Source: a virus
Lineage: Duplodnaviria; Caudoviricetes
DNA: 64,000 nt
Strand: one strand, 5' to 3'
IMG/VR virus record: IMGVR_UViG_3300012956_000016
Span: 19,935-83,934 of that record
Below, in pieces: positions 50,964-58,903 of this stretch. The stretch's first letter is position 1. Every line of letters begins with the position of its first letter. A program made the translations under genes and the position numbers. The notes beneath the pieces were generated by a model. It was given only the letters and a program-made list of their open reading frames with translations. It searched no databases and was not told the origin of the DNA.

Positions 50964-51704
50964 TTAGTTTAAGAGTTTAACGTTTGTGGCTTTTTCAAGC
51001 ATAGCTAAAATATTCTTACCTTCTGATGTATTACGTAATGCAGCTTTTGTGATTTGAGCTTTAATACGTTTTTCACCATATCGATAGTTTAAATATTCCA
51101 TCTTTAAGTCAAATAATGACTTACCAAGAGCAACTTCTTGTTTTAAGAAAGGTGTTACTACATCACTGTATTGTTTTTGAGTAATAGATATCTTTGTTTT
51201 GTAATCCAGTGATAGATTACCTTCACAAGCTTTTAAAGAAACAGTAAGACCTTCTGCAATATTTACATGTCTTGTAGAAGTACTATGGTTTCTCTTAGCA
51301 TATGATACAGGATCTTTATATTGTTGAACATTATCTAAGTCAACTACATTATAAGAACCAATAAGAACTCGTTTATCATTGTAAGTATCAAGACTGATAT
51401 TAACATCTTGTTTAATATCAAGCTTTAACTCAGTAGCTATTGTGAATACTTGAGTGTAGTCTTTCATTTTACTAAGTGTTTTAGTAACAATATCCAACTT
51501 CAACTTAGCGAGAGCATCCTGACATTTTTTATTATTCTCAACTATAAGTAGTTCTATGTTACTAATACTAATTGATAGCTGTTCTACTTTTTCTTCGATA
51601 GCTAACTCAACCAAATCGTTTTGGTTAAGATTCATATTTATGTTATTACTAACGTTAACTTTGTCAACGATTGTTAGTTGTTTACCTGTATCTTGTTTTG
51701 CCAT
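50964..51704 (-). CDS. Hypothetical protein
   Basis: 246-aa ORF. Confidence 0.75.
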   Translation of the reverse strand: MAKQDTGKQLTIVDKVNVSNNINMNLNQNDLVELAIEEKVEQLSISISNIELLIVENNKKCQDALAKLKLDIVTKTLSKMKDYTQVFTIATELKLDIKQDVNISLDTYNDKRVLIGSYNVVDLDNVQQYKDPVSYAKRNHSTSTRHVNIAEGLTVSLKACEGNLSLDYKTKISITQKQYSDVVTPFLKQEVALGKSLFDLKMEYLNYRYGEKRIKAQITKAALRNTSEGKNILAMLEKATNVKLLN

Positions 51705-51714
51705 TTTTTTAGTT

Positions 51715-52131
51715 TTAGATTGAGTTCCTTTTTAGAGAGAACCCTAACTCTTGTGCTTCTTTTGGATGTGTTTCAATCCAGTCATGACAGTGTCTACATA
51801 CTGCTAACCATTTAAGGATATCAAGTAATAGCTTTCCGATCCGACCTTGTTTGTGATGTACATCTGTAGCAGTTCCTGTACATCCAGATAAGTGAGCTTG
51901 ACACATATGATTCTTTATTAAGAAATCAATACGTAATAGAGAATACTGACGTTCCTCACTAGCTCGTTTAGGAGAACGACGGGAGATAGGTTTTTGCTTC
52001 ACAGTTGGTTTAGCTACGGTAACACTCGTTTGTTTACTCCAGCATTGTTGACAAAATCTTTCTCCCTGGTAGTTCTTCCATATATACTTCAACTGGCTAC
52101 AGCAGGAGCATATTTTCTTTTTAGCTTGCAT
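51715..52131 (-). CDS. HNH-type nuclease with zinc fingers
   Basis: CQAHLSGC...DVHH...CRHCH; start set at MQAKKK (52131). Confidence 0.75.
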   Translation of the reverse strand: MQAKKKICSCCSQLKYIWKNYQGERFCQQCWSKQTSVTVAKPTVKQKPISRRSPKRASEERQYSLLRIDFLIKNHMCQAHLSGCTGTATDVHHKQGRIGKLLLDILKWLAVCRHCHDWIETHPKEAQELGFSLKRNSI

Positions 52132-52348
52132 CTCCGGTATTGGTGGGATCGTCTTCTTTTTTGTTTGTTTTTCTACCAATCATAAGACCTCCTTGGATCG
52201 TCTTGTTAATAAGAGGTACTGCAGTTCTTATTTCGGTGATAACATTATCCTGTTTGGTAAGTTGCTTTAACAACTCTTCTTCCATAGGATTTTCAGGAGT
52301 TACTATTAGAGTAGTTCCTGAAGCATTTACAATGAAATCTGTTAGCAT
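52121..52348 (-). CDS. Hypothetical protein
   Basis: 75-aa ORF. Confidence 0.65.
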   Translation of the reverse strand: MLTDFIVNASGTTLIVTPENPMEEELLKQLTKQDNVITEIRTAVPLINKTIQGGLMIGRKTNKKEDDPTNTGDAS

Positions 52349-52351
52349 GTG

Positions 52352-52840
52352 TTAATAGTTAAATTTTTTACTGAAACTTAGGGTATCCAGCGACTCCATT
52401 TTTATCTCGTAAAAGTTAGGTGGTAATATCTTAGACTTGATAAGCTTGTCTATTACCAACTGCTTGGATATACCAAGGTCTTTTAGTGTGAGATGATTTC
52501 TAAAGTAAGGATCTGGTTTAGTAGGTTTTTTTAATATATCGATGTATTCACATTTAGGGAACAACTTCTCAAAAAACTCTATTGCAGCCTTATTTATAAG
52601 TTCTTGTTTCCACAGATTTATTATTACCTGAGTTCGATGATGATTAAACTCGATACGCTTTCTACTAGCGGTATCCATATCATCAAGCTCTGACTCAGTA
52701 TATACAGAGGTACCATAAACTGCTCTTCTAAAGAGAAAGTTTTGATAGGTGTTGTATGGGTCTTTTTCATACTTCATATTTTTGTAGTGTCTTCCTGCTA
52801 GCTTCTTATTTTCTAGTACTAAAGGGTCATTTTTTGGCAT
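52352..52840 (-). CDS. Hypothetical protein
   Basis: 162-aa ORF. Confidence 0.75.
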   Translation of the reverse strand: MPKNDPLVLENKKLAGRHYKNMKYEKDPYNTYQNFLFRRAVYGTSVYTESELDDMDTASRKRIEFNHHRTQVIINLWKQELINKAAIEFFEKLFPKCEYIDILKKPTKPDPYFRNHLTLKDLGISKQLVIDKLIKSKILPPNFYEIKMESLDTLSFSKKFNY

Positions 52841-52885
52841 AATGTAAGGGTTAAGTTAGTAGTTTTTATAAGAATAGCAAAGGAG

Positions 52886-52926
52886 AAAAAAAAGAAAGAC
52901 CGGGGTAAAATACTCCAGTCTTTCTT
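52886..52926 (-). terminator. Intrinsic terminator
   Basis: AAGAAAGAC/GTCTTTCTT stem followed by a long T-tract on the minus strand. Confidence 0.75.
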
Positions 52927-52936
52927 CTATATGTAA

Positions 52937-53437
52937 TTACATCTTGCCGATACCAGCAGTTTCAGCTTCTTTTTTAGCTTCTGCTTCTTTCTGAGCTTTG
53001 ATCGTAGCGTAAGCTTCTTTGATCTCCTCAGTGTTATCGTGTTGTAATCGGATGTCTTCTACATTAACATTCTTAGAGAAGAAATGTTTACGATAGATAG
53101 GAAAACCGTTAAGTGTACAGTTTACACCAGTTTCTCCTGCTTGCTTAATATCTTTTTCTGGATCTTTAGTATTAAAAGGTTTTAATTGCTCTTTTACATA
53201 GATCTTACCTTCTACTTCTTGACCTTCTTTCCATCCAAAGCTTTTTAAAGCAGGAATCTCTCCAGGAATAAGAGCTGTCATTGGTCGCATTTTAGCAAAA
53301 CCTGTTTCTTCATCAATGTCCGTACGAACTTGAGCTACTTTAATGTAACCGTACTTAGGGTTATTTGTTGAAGGAATTACCGCGTTTCCAGTACCGTCAC
53401 CTTTAACGGTTGCTGTGATTTTTTCTGATTGGTTCAT
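52937..53437 (-). CDS. Hypothetical protein (possible OB-fold)
   Basis: 166-aa ORF flanked by terminators. Confidence 0.75.
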   Translation of the reverse strand: MNQSEKITATVKGDGTGNAVIPSTNNPKYGYIKVAQVRTDIDEETGFAKMRPMTALIPGEIPALKSFGWKEGQEVEGKIYVKEQLKPFNTKDPEKDIKQAGETGVNCTLNGFPIYRKHFFSKNVNVEDIRLQHDNTEEIKEAYATIKAQKEAEAKKEAETAGIGKM

Positions 53438-53479
53438 GATTGATTTTTTTTGAGTTTATTAGCCTCTCGTTATAAATGC

Positions 53480-53505
53480 AAAAAGACAGCGGGCCTTGCT
53501 GTCTT
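53480..53505 (-). terminator. Intrinsic terminator
   Basis: AAGACAGC/GCTGTCTT stem followed by a T-tract on the minus strand. Confidence 0.7.
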
Positions 53506-53533
53506 CACATTACTTCTCACATGAGAAATGTCT

Positions 53534-53824
53534 TTATTCTGATTCTGTAGTATCTTGTACCTCGGGAAATTCATCCAAGAATCCATCTTCTGGTAGGATA
53601 TGTTGTTGAGCTTCGTCGTATTCTTCAGTGTAATCTATACTTTTGTCTACTTCGGTACGTTTTGAAAGGGTTTTGTCGTAGTGTACTGCTGATCCATACC
53701 AAGGGGAGTTAATAGTTTCGCCATGATTATTGGCTATCATAAACTGAATATCATCATCAGTCATTGATAGAAACTGTTCAACAGTTATATTGATAACTCG
53801 GCCGGTTGGAAGCTGGTATAACAA
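53534..53824 (-). CDS. Hypothetical acidic protein
   Basis: 96-aa ORF with TTG start. Confidence 0.7.
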   Translation of the reverse strand: MLYQLPTGRVINITVEQFLSMTDDDIQFMIANNHGETINSPWYGSAVHYDKTLSKRTEVDKSIDYTEEYDEAQQHILPEDGFLDEFPEVQDTTESE

Positions 53825-53853
53825 AATCTTAGTAGTTAATGTACAACATATTA

Positions 53854-53883
53854 CAAAGTTATGTAAATATTTGCATATGTCAA
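53854..53883 (-). promoter_or_regulatory. Bacteroidota sigma-type promoter
   Basis: TTGA, 18-nt spacer, TAACTTTG (53861-53854) upstream of the 53824 gene. Confidence 0.55.
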
Positions 53884-53922
53884 CACTATACCAGTAAATA
53901 ATTAACTAGAGTTTGTTAAAAA

Positions 53923-54366
53923 CTACTCAAGTAACCCGTTTTCTCCTTTTATAAGTTGGTCTTCCCTAAAATCTTCTTCAAACTCTGCTTTTGTTCCAGT
54001 TGTATTATACCCTTCATAAGATACTGATATAGGAAGAAGTTTACGTAGATTAATATCTACGATTGTACCTTTAATCCGATCTTGGAAAACTAAACCCATC
54101 TGTTGCATCATATCTTTATCTCGGTTCCATGGGACAATTTCACTAAAGTTAATAAGTACTTCATCATCTATTTTAAACTGGGTTTTTGGTCTTATACCAT
54201 TACAAGCCATAAGTAGCTGAGATAACCCTTTTGGAGTTATCATCAGATTATCTACTATGGTATTAACAATAAGTATAACATTAGGATCACTTTGATCCAT
54301 TTTTGCAAAAAGAACATCTTTAATATCCTCTACTTTAAATTCTATGTTTACTATTTTTTTGGACAT
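53923..54366 (-). CDS. Hypothetical protein
   Basis: 147-aa ORF. Confidence 0.7.
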   Translation of the reverse strand: MSKKIVNIEFKVEDIKDVLFAKMDQSDPNVILIVNTIVDNLMITPKGLSQLLMACNGIRPKTQFKIDDEVLINFSEIVPWNRDKDMMQQMGLVFQDRIKGTIVDINLRKLLPISVSYEGYNTTGTKAEFEEDFREDQLIKGENGLLE

Positions 54367-54754
54367 CGTTCATCGGAATACTTTTGACTTGATATTTAGA
54401 CTTTCTTTTGTTGTAGGTAAGCTCTGCTGAGTTTGGTTTATTAAAATCAACCAAGACCTGGAAAGATCCTGACTCAGTTACATCAACATAAAGTTTTTTA
54501 ACTTCCTGCGTTTGTGATGTAAAGCAGATGACATAATGATTTCCTACTTCGAGCTCACAAGTAAAATAAGCCAAGCTTTTGTGCGAGAATACTTCTTTCA
54601 AAGAACTATCAGCTTGAATTTCGTACACTTTGTAGTTTACGTTTGTTTGAGCTACGAACTTACCTTCTACTACTAGAATGTCATCGTCATGTTTGTTGGT
54701 TGCTACAGATGTTATGGTTAACATCATGGCTAGGGCTGTGATTAGAGTTTTCAT
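54335..54754 (-). CDS. Secreted protein with signal peptide
   Basis: MKTLITALAMMLTITSVA followed by a beta-rich body. Confidence 0.7.
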   Translation of the reverse strand: MKTLITALAMMLTITSVATNKHDDDILVVEGKFVAQTNVNYKVYEIQADSSLKEVFSHKSLAYFTCELEVGNHYVICFTSQTQEVKKLYVDVTESGSFQVLVDFNKPNSAELTYNKRKSKYQVKSIPMNDVQKNSKHRI

Positions 54755-54778
54755 GTTTTCTTTTTTGAGTTATGTTGT

Positions 54779-55144
54779 CTAAGTAAAAGAGGTAGACATA
54801 TCCTCTGTGTTCGGTCTTTCTAAACCAAATCCTTTTAAGATACCGTTAAAAGCTTTAAAAGCTAGTTTTTTGTTGATGCTATATACAGTGATACCATATA
54901 CAATATAAGGTTGAGAAGCTTTGCCATGTAAAACTTGATTTACATAGTTTCTGCGTCTAAGAATAGTTATAACTTGCATACATTTACTAATAACTTCCTG
55001 TTCTATTTCAAAACATTCTTCTTGAGTTAAGTAGTAGATGTTTTTTCTTCTACCAAATCTACCATCGTGATTAACTTGTTGAAAGTTTTCTTCAGTTAAC
55101 ATCTCGAATAGAAAAGCAGTTAGTTGTTGTTTTGTAAGTTGCAT
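54779..55144 (-). CDS. Hypothetical protein
   Basis: 121-aa ORF. Confidence 0.65.
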   Translation of the reverse strand: MQLTKQQLTAFLFEMLTEENFQQVNHDGRFGRRKNIYYLTQEECFEIEQEVISKCMQVITILRRRNYVNQVLHGKASQPYIVYGITVYSINKKLAFKAFNGILKGFGLERPNTEDMSTSFT

Positions 55145-55160
55145 AGTAAAAAGTTTTAAT

Positions 55161-55208
55161 AAAAGGAGCCAGATTTCCGTCTCTGTTTACACTCGAAGTG
55201 TTGCTCCT
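55161..55208 (-). terminator. Branched hairpin with T-tract (terminator or small regulatory RNA element)
   Basis: AGGAGC/GCTCCT closing stem around ACACT-TCG-AGTGT and CAGA/TCTG arms, then TTT. Confidence 0.5.
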
Positions 55209-55232
55209 CGTATTCCTCTGGCGAAGAAGATC

Positions 55233-55562
55233 TTATATTCCAAACATTTTTTTAGCAAGGTCCTCTGGCATTCCAGATGCTACCATAGAGTTTTTTAAGT
55301 TAACTCTATCTTCTACATCAGGATCTTCATCATAGTCACCATTAATAATGGCTTCTCTGATAGCTTCCAAAGCAGGTTCCTTTACATCTTTCAACATCTG
55401 TACTACTTGTACTTTACCACATACATACTTTTCATTTTTAAAGTCGTGGAACTCTCCTGCCTCAGCTTCTTTGATAATCTCTACAACAGTAGGATTACTT
55501 TCATAGTGAGGTACAGCCTTGCGGATATCTCCTGGAAGGTCTTTGATTGTACATTTTGACAT
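55233..55562 (-). CDS. Hypothetical protein
   Basis: 109-aa ORF. Confidence 0.7.
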   Translation of the reverse strand: MSKCTIKDLPGDIRKAVPHYESNPTVVEIIKEAEAGEFHDFKNEKYVCGKVQVVQMLKDVKEPALEAIREAIINGDYDEDPDVEDRVNLKNSMVASGMPEDLAKKMFGI

Positions 55563-55568
55563 AGTCAG

Positions 55569-56066
55569 TTACTTTATAGGTTTACCATCTTTGAACTTTA
55601 CATACTCTCCACGTTTTACAGTGACAAAGTACATACTATCAACACTTACTTTTTGTATAGCATATTTGTTAGCTACATAAATATCAAACTCAGTTCCTAT
55701 CCAGGTTACTTCTTCATCAGCTACATGCATAGACCTATGATGAGGTCTAAATCCGTAGATAATTGGATGGTAGATTGGATGGTAAGTATTACGATACATA
55801 GGATGCGAATAATGATTCGAACTATGATAAGTACTGTGGCTGTAGGAATGTGATGATGAATGGAAGCTGTGTGATGAGCTATGTGATACATGAGAAGAGT
55901 GAAATCCAGCTTGTAATACCACAGGTTCTGTTGTATCACAATGAGCTTTTATATACTCTTTATGTACTACATATCTTGATACATCTTTAGGAGTTTCTTG
56001 TTCTTTACTTGTGCAGCTTACTAATGCGATAGTAGCTACGATTAAAATAGACATTTTTGTCTTCAT
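55569..56066 (-). CDS. Lipoprotein with His/Ser-rich low-complexity segment
   Basis: Start set at MKTKMSIL (56066); lipobox ALVSC; HSSHVSHSSSHSFHSSSHSYSH. Confidence 0.75.
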   Translation of the reverse strand: MKTKMSILIVATIALVSCTSKEQETPKDVSRYVVHKEYIKAHCDTTEPVVLQAGFHSSHVSHSSSHSFHSSSHSYSHSTYHSSNHYSHPMYRNTYHPIYHPIIYGFRPHHRSMHVADEEVTWIGTEFDIYVANKYAIQKVSVDSMYFVTVKRGEYVKFKDGKPIK

Positions 56067-56103
56067 AGGTTTATTGGTTTTTAGTTGTTTGTTTTTAAAA
56101 AAT

Positions 56104-56277
56104 ATTGAGTGTCTATCTCCTCCCCGCTGTCGTGCTAGGATAGTACATAAAGCAGAGACTCTCACTCTGTCACTCGGTTGCCCCTTGGTATTCCTACCTC
56201 AGTTCACCATTGCACCGTTGGCGAATACTCGGGCAGACTGTTCCCGGTTAACTTTAATTAAAGGGGAACCACTCAAT
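56104..56277 (-). ncRNA. Candidate structured ncRNA (about 175 nt) abutting the tRNA-like gene
   Basis: Terminal 8-bp IR ATTGAGTG/CACTCAAT; internal GTATTC/GAATAC, CAGAG/CTCTG and CTTT/AAAG stems; no credible ORF. Confidence 0.5.
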
Positions 56278-56279
56278 GT

Positions 56280-56353
56280 GGGTCAGAATAGGATTTGAAC
56301 CTATGTTTCGTTCATCGGTTAGAACGCGTCCTAACCAGTTAAACGATCTGACA
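56280..56353 (-). tRNA. tRNA-like gene with 8-nt anticodon loop (identity undetermined, possibly pseudo)
   Basis: GTCAGA/TCTGAC acceptor, GTTT/GGAC D-stem with GG, CGTTC-TAACCGAT-GAACG, ATAGG-TTCAAAT-CCTAT T-arm. Confidence 0.65.
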
Positions 56354-56360
56354 AATAAAG

Positions 56361-56574
56361 ATCACTAAGTTATCTTCTCTTACATTGTATATAAACTTCT
56401 CGGCAGAGTGTTCATTTTAACACAGATCTAAACTAATATATGTCTAGTCTTTTACTTGTGTCTAGTCTATATACCTCAAGTAATCAGTTTATGTCAATCG
56501 AAGATCCCAGCTAGAAGGCTCGCTTTTATAAGATGGCTCCATCTATCCCGCAGCGGTGACTTTACCTTAGTGAT
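56361..56574 (-). ncRNA. Candidate structured ncRNA (about 215 nt) between two tRNA genes
   Basis: Terminal 9-bp IR ATCACTAAG/CTTAGTGAT; shares ordered blocks with the 61.9-62.7 kb element. Confidence 0.5.
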
Positions 56575-56578
56575 TTAG

Positions 56579-56650
56579 TAGCGGGAGGTGGATTTGAACC
56601 ACCGACCTCGAGATTATGAGTCTCGCGAGCTACCCCTGCTCTATCCCGCA
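56579..56650 (-). tRNA. tRNA-Met(CAT), initiator-like
   Basis: Cloverleaf; anticodon CAT at 56618-56616; T1:T72 mismatch and A11:T24 pair; CCA not encoded. Confidence 0.9.
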
Positions 56651-57075
56651 ATGTTGTTTTGTACATGTTTAATGTAAGACTTTAATACTCCATCAATATT
56701 AGCTTTTCCAACAGGATTAGCTGATTGCATGTTATACTTTGGTAATTCTTTATTGTGATCCATACAGTAGTTAACTAACCACTTAGCACAGTCATATCCT
56801 GTAAGTTCATGTTCTGGCCACGGTTGACCATCAAAATATTCAGGATAACCATTTCTAAAAGCTTGATAATCTCCTAAATCATGATCAAAGCAAATAGCAT
56901 CAGGTAAACCATTAGTTGTTATCCAAGCTACGAACTCATTATAAGACTTAACCCAGATTACTTCAAAAGGTTGTTGTATAGGACTAAAAGTCCAAGCCCA
57001 TTTACTCTCACCAGGACAATATCCAAGAGGATCACGGTAATCATCAAGCCACAGTAGTTTTTTCATTAGTGACAC
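56641..57075 (-). CDS. Cyclic-phosphate-processing receiver (cREC) domain protein
   Basis: LWLDDYRDP, VKSYNEF, ICFDHDLG, TGYDCAKWL, QSANPVG. Confidence 0.8.
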   Translation of the reverse strand: MSLMKKLLWLDDYRDPLGYCPGESKWAWTFSPIQQPFEVIWVKSYNEFVAWITTNGLPDAICFDHDLGDYQAFRNGYPEYFDGQPWPEHELTGYDCAKWLVNYCMDHNKELPKYNMQSANPVGKANIDGVLKSYIKHVQNNIAG

Positions 57076-57278
57076 CAGTTTTGTTTATACTTACCACATG
57101 GACATATCCATCCTTCTTTTGTAGCTATTAATACACCATCTTTTGATCGATCTCTTGGCTCTTGATTAACTTCACATTCAGGAGCTTTTCTATCACATGT
57201 ATAAGGATGCATCCTACGAGAAGATTGGTACTCATTTAGTTCTTTAACTTTCTCGTCTGTAAAAGGTGCTTTTATCAT
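57066..57278 (-). CDS. Small Cys/His-rich phage protein
   Basis: HPYTC...C...GWICPC...QNWCH. Confidence 0.7.
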   Translation of the reverse strand: MIKAPFTDEKVKELNEYQSSRRMHPYTCDRKAPECEVNQEPRDRSKDGVLIATKEGWICPCGKYKQNWCH

Positions 57279-57298
57279 AATCTTAAGTTTTAATAAGT

Positions 57299-57327
57299 AA
57301 AAAAGTCCAGATCATTCGACCTGGACT
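57299..57327 (-). terminator. Intrinsic terminator downstream of tmRNA/tRNA-Pro
   Basis: AGTCCAG/CTGGACT stem followed by T5. Confidence 0.7.
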
Positions 57328-57418
57328 CACATGACCCCTGTCTTATGGTCCATTGTTTGACAACATTAACAGTCTTTACCACAAACTCGGTCAACGAGCA
57401 GAGTTGAACATGCATTCG

Positions 57419-57492
57419 TCGAGATGGCCAGATTCGAACTGACGGCCTCCACGTCCCAAACGTGGCGCGATACCGGGCTACGCTACATCTCG
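57419..57492 (-). tRNA. tRNA-Pro(TGG)
   Basis: CGAGATG/CATCTCG acceptor, CCACG-TTTGGGA-CGTGG, TTCGAAT T-loop; CCA not encoded. Confidence 0.93.
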
Positions 57493-57585
57493 TGGTATGG
57501 GTAACAGTATTACTACCGAAGCTACTACCCCATCTTTGATTGTTTATACCTGTCCGTAGCTGGGTCGTAAATATAAACTAACCTG

Positions 57586-57970
57586 TGGACCCGGAGAGAT
57601 TCGAACTCTCGTCCAAATAATGAATAAAAATGCTTTCTACGATGTTTAGTACTGACGAACTGTACTGTAGATATTACACCTTTTTACTCTTAGGTTGAGG
57701 ATCTTTGGTAGAAGCAGAACACACCCTGCTTCAACTACCATACGGTGTTCGGTTAGGCTGCTACTAACTCTCTTTTTGCAGTAGCTTTAACAGCACCTGC
57801 GAAATCGAATTTTACAACTTTACCTTCAGCGGCAATAACATCTTGGATGTTACCTACCTCGTTAGAAACGATAGCTTTTATCTTTTGAAAGTTCAGATTA
57901 AAGTGCTCTACGGACAACGCACTACATGCTTACATTTTTACCGCGATTACTGTCAAAACCGGTCGGGCCC
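57586..57970 (-). ncRNA. ssrA: Transfer-messenger RNA (tmRNA)
   Basis: 5' GGGCCCGACCGGTTTTGACAG; 3' GGACGAGAGTTCGAATCTCTCCGGGTCCA; G3:U70 pair and A73; tag ORF 57875-57753 ending LVAA*. Confidence 0.93.
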
Positions 57971-57990
57971 ATTATTTTAAAGAACTGGAA

Positions 57991-58021
57991 CAAAGATAAT
58001 ACTTAATCTTTGTATTCCAAA
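57991..58021 (-). promoter_or_regulatory. Consensus Bacteroidota promoter driving tmRNA
   Basis: TTTG (58021-58018), 19-nt spacer, TATCTTTG (57998-57991), 20 nt upstream of the tmRNA 5' end. Confidence 0.75.
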
Positions 58022-58299
58022 AGTTCTAGCTTTTTAACTAAGTGTTGCATCTGAGGAGAAAGAGCAACAGATGTTCCAAATCTTTTACCTTCATCTGTAT
58101 AGATTTTTCTCATAATCTTTATTAGGATAGTAGCATGACCTTTGTTAGGATCAGAACTATCTATACTATATATGGTAGCGAAGTCTTCACCTACACCACA
58201 TGTAGCTTGACATGATTCATATTCCCAACCATCTAACTCCATACCAAGAGAGTTTACTTTTCCTCTTTTGTAAGCGATTATTGTGCTTTTATCTTCCAT
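58003..58299 (-). CDS. Small GNAT-like protein
   Basis: ATIYSIDSSDPNKGHATILIK resembles GNAT motif A. Confidence 0.5.
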   Translation of the reverse strand: MEDKSTIIAYKRGKVNSLGMELDGWEYESCQATCGVGEDFATIYSIDSSDPNKGHATILIKIMRKIYTDEGKRFGTSVALSPQMQHLVKKLELLEYKD

Positions 58300-58309
58300 A
58301 ATAAGTATT

Positions 58310-58564
58310 TTAAAATATGTTAGTAGCTTGTACTTTTGTTTGATCTAAAGATCTAGCACGGAGAGGCTCGGTATTTTCTAACCTTACTCTGTTGTAAGGC
58401 TTAATCTCTTCTGGCAACAGCAGTTGATAGTCCCAATAGTCTAGTAGAATTGCTTCCCTAATAACGTGTGAACTTATCGTGTACAATACTTCTGTGGTTC
58501 GGCTACTAACAATGTTTAATTTTTTATTACGAAGTAAGGCATTCCTCCTGGTAATGTACCCCAT
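58310..58564 (-). CDS. Hypothetical protein
   Basis: 84-aa ORF. Confidence 0.5.
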   Translation of the reverse strand: MGYITRRNALLRNKKLNIVSSRTTEVLYTISSHVIREAILLDYWDYQLLLPEEIKPYNRVRLENTEPLRARSLDQTKVQATNIF

Positions 58565-58893
58565 AAGGCACGAGGCATAAGATACTCGACATTTCCTGAT
58601 GCTAAACCAAGAGTTAATAGTTCATCAATGTTTGAGTGTTCACCCCATTGATTACCATGTTTATCCTCGGCTGCAGCTAAGAAGCTATATCCTCCTCCGA
58701 CTTCTTTCCTAAAGTTTTCAGGAAGTTCATCAAGAAGTTGTTTAATAGTTTCTTTATTCTCTTCGATCTTTTTTGGGTTGAACCCAATGTTGATCATAAC
58801 ACCTTCAGCTTTTATATGGCTGGTGGTATCTTCTCCTTCCTCAAACAAACATTTAAGGAAAGTATCATGTACAGTTTTTGCTTCTAGTTTCAT
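58516..58893 (-). CDS. Hypothetical phage protein
   Basis: GGGYSFL...GNQWGEH...LPGGMPY. Confidence 0.75.
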   Translation of the reverse strand: MKLEAKTVHDTFLKCLFEEGEDTTSHIKAEGVMINIGFNPKKIEENKETIKQLLDELPENFRKEVGGGYSFLAAAEDKHGNQWGEHSNIDELLTLGLASGNVEYLMPRALWGTLPGGMPYFVIKN

Positions 58894-58903
58894 AGTTTTT
58901 GTT

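Noticed and set aside
56066-56165. N-terminal extension of the His-rich lipoprotein given by the ORF track
   Set aside because: It overlaps the structured element and would bury the signal peptide; the start at 56066 fits a lipoprotein
56104-56277. Cobalamin riboswitch or SRP/RNase P identity for the structured elements
   Set aside because: Only fragmentary resemblance (GGGAA, GGTGCAA); the diagnostic conserved cores are absent
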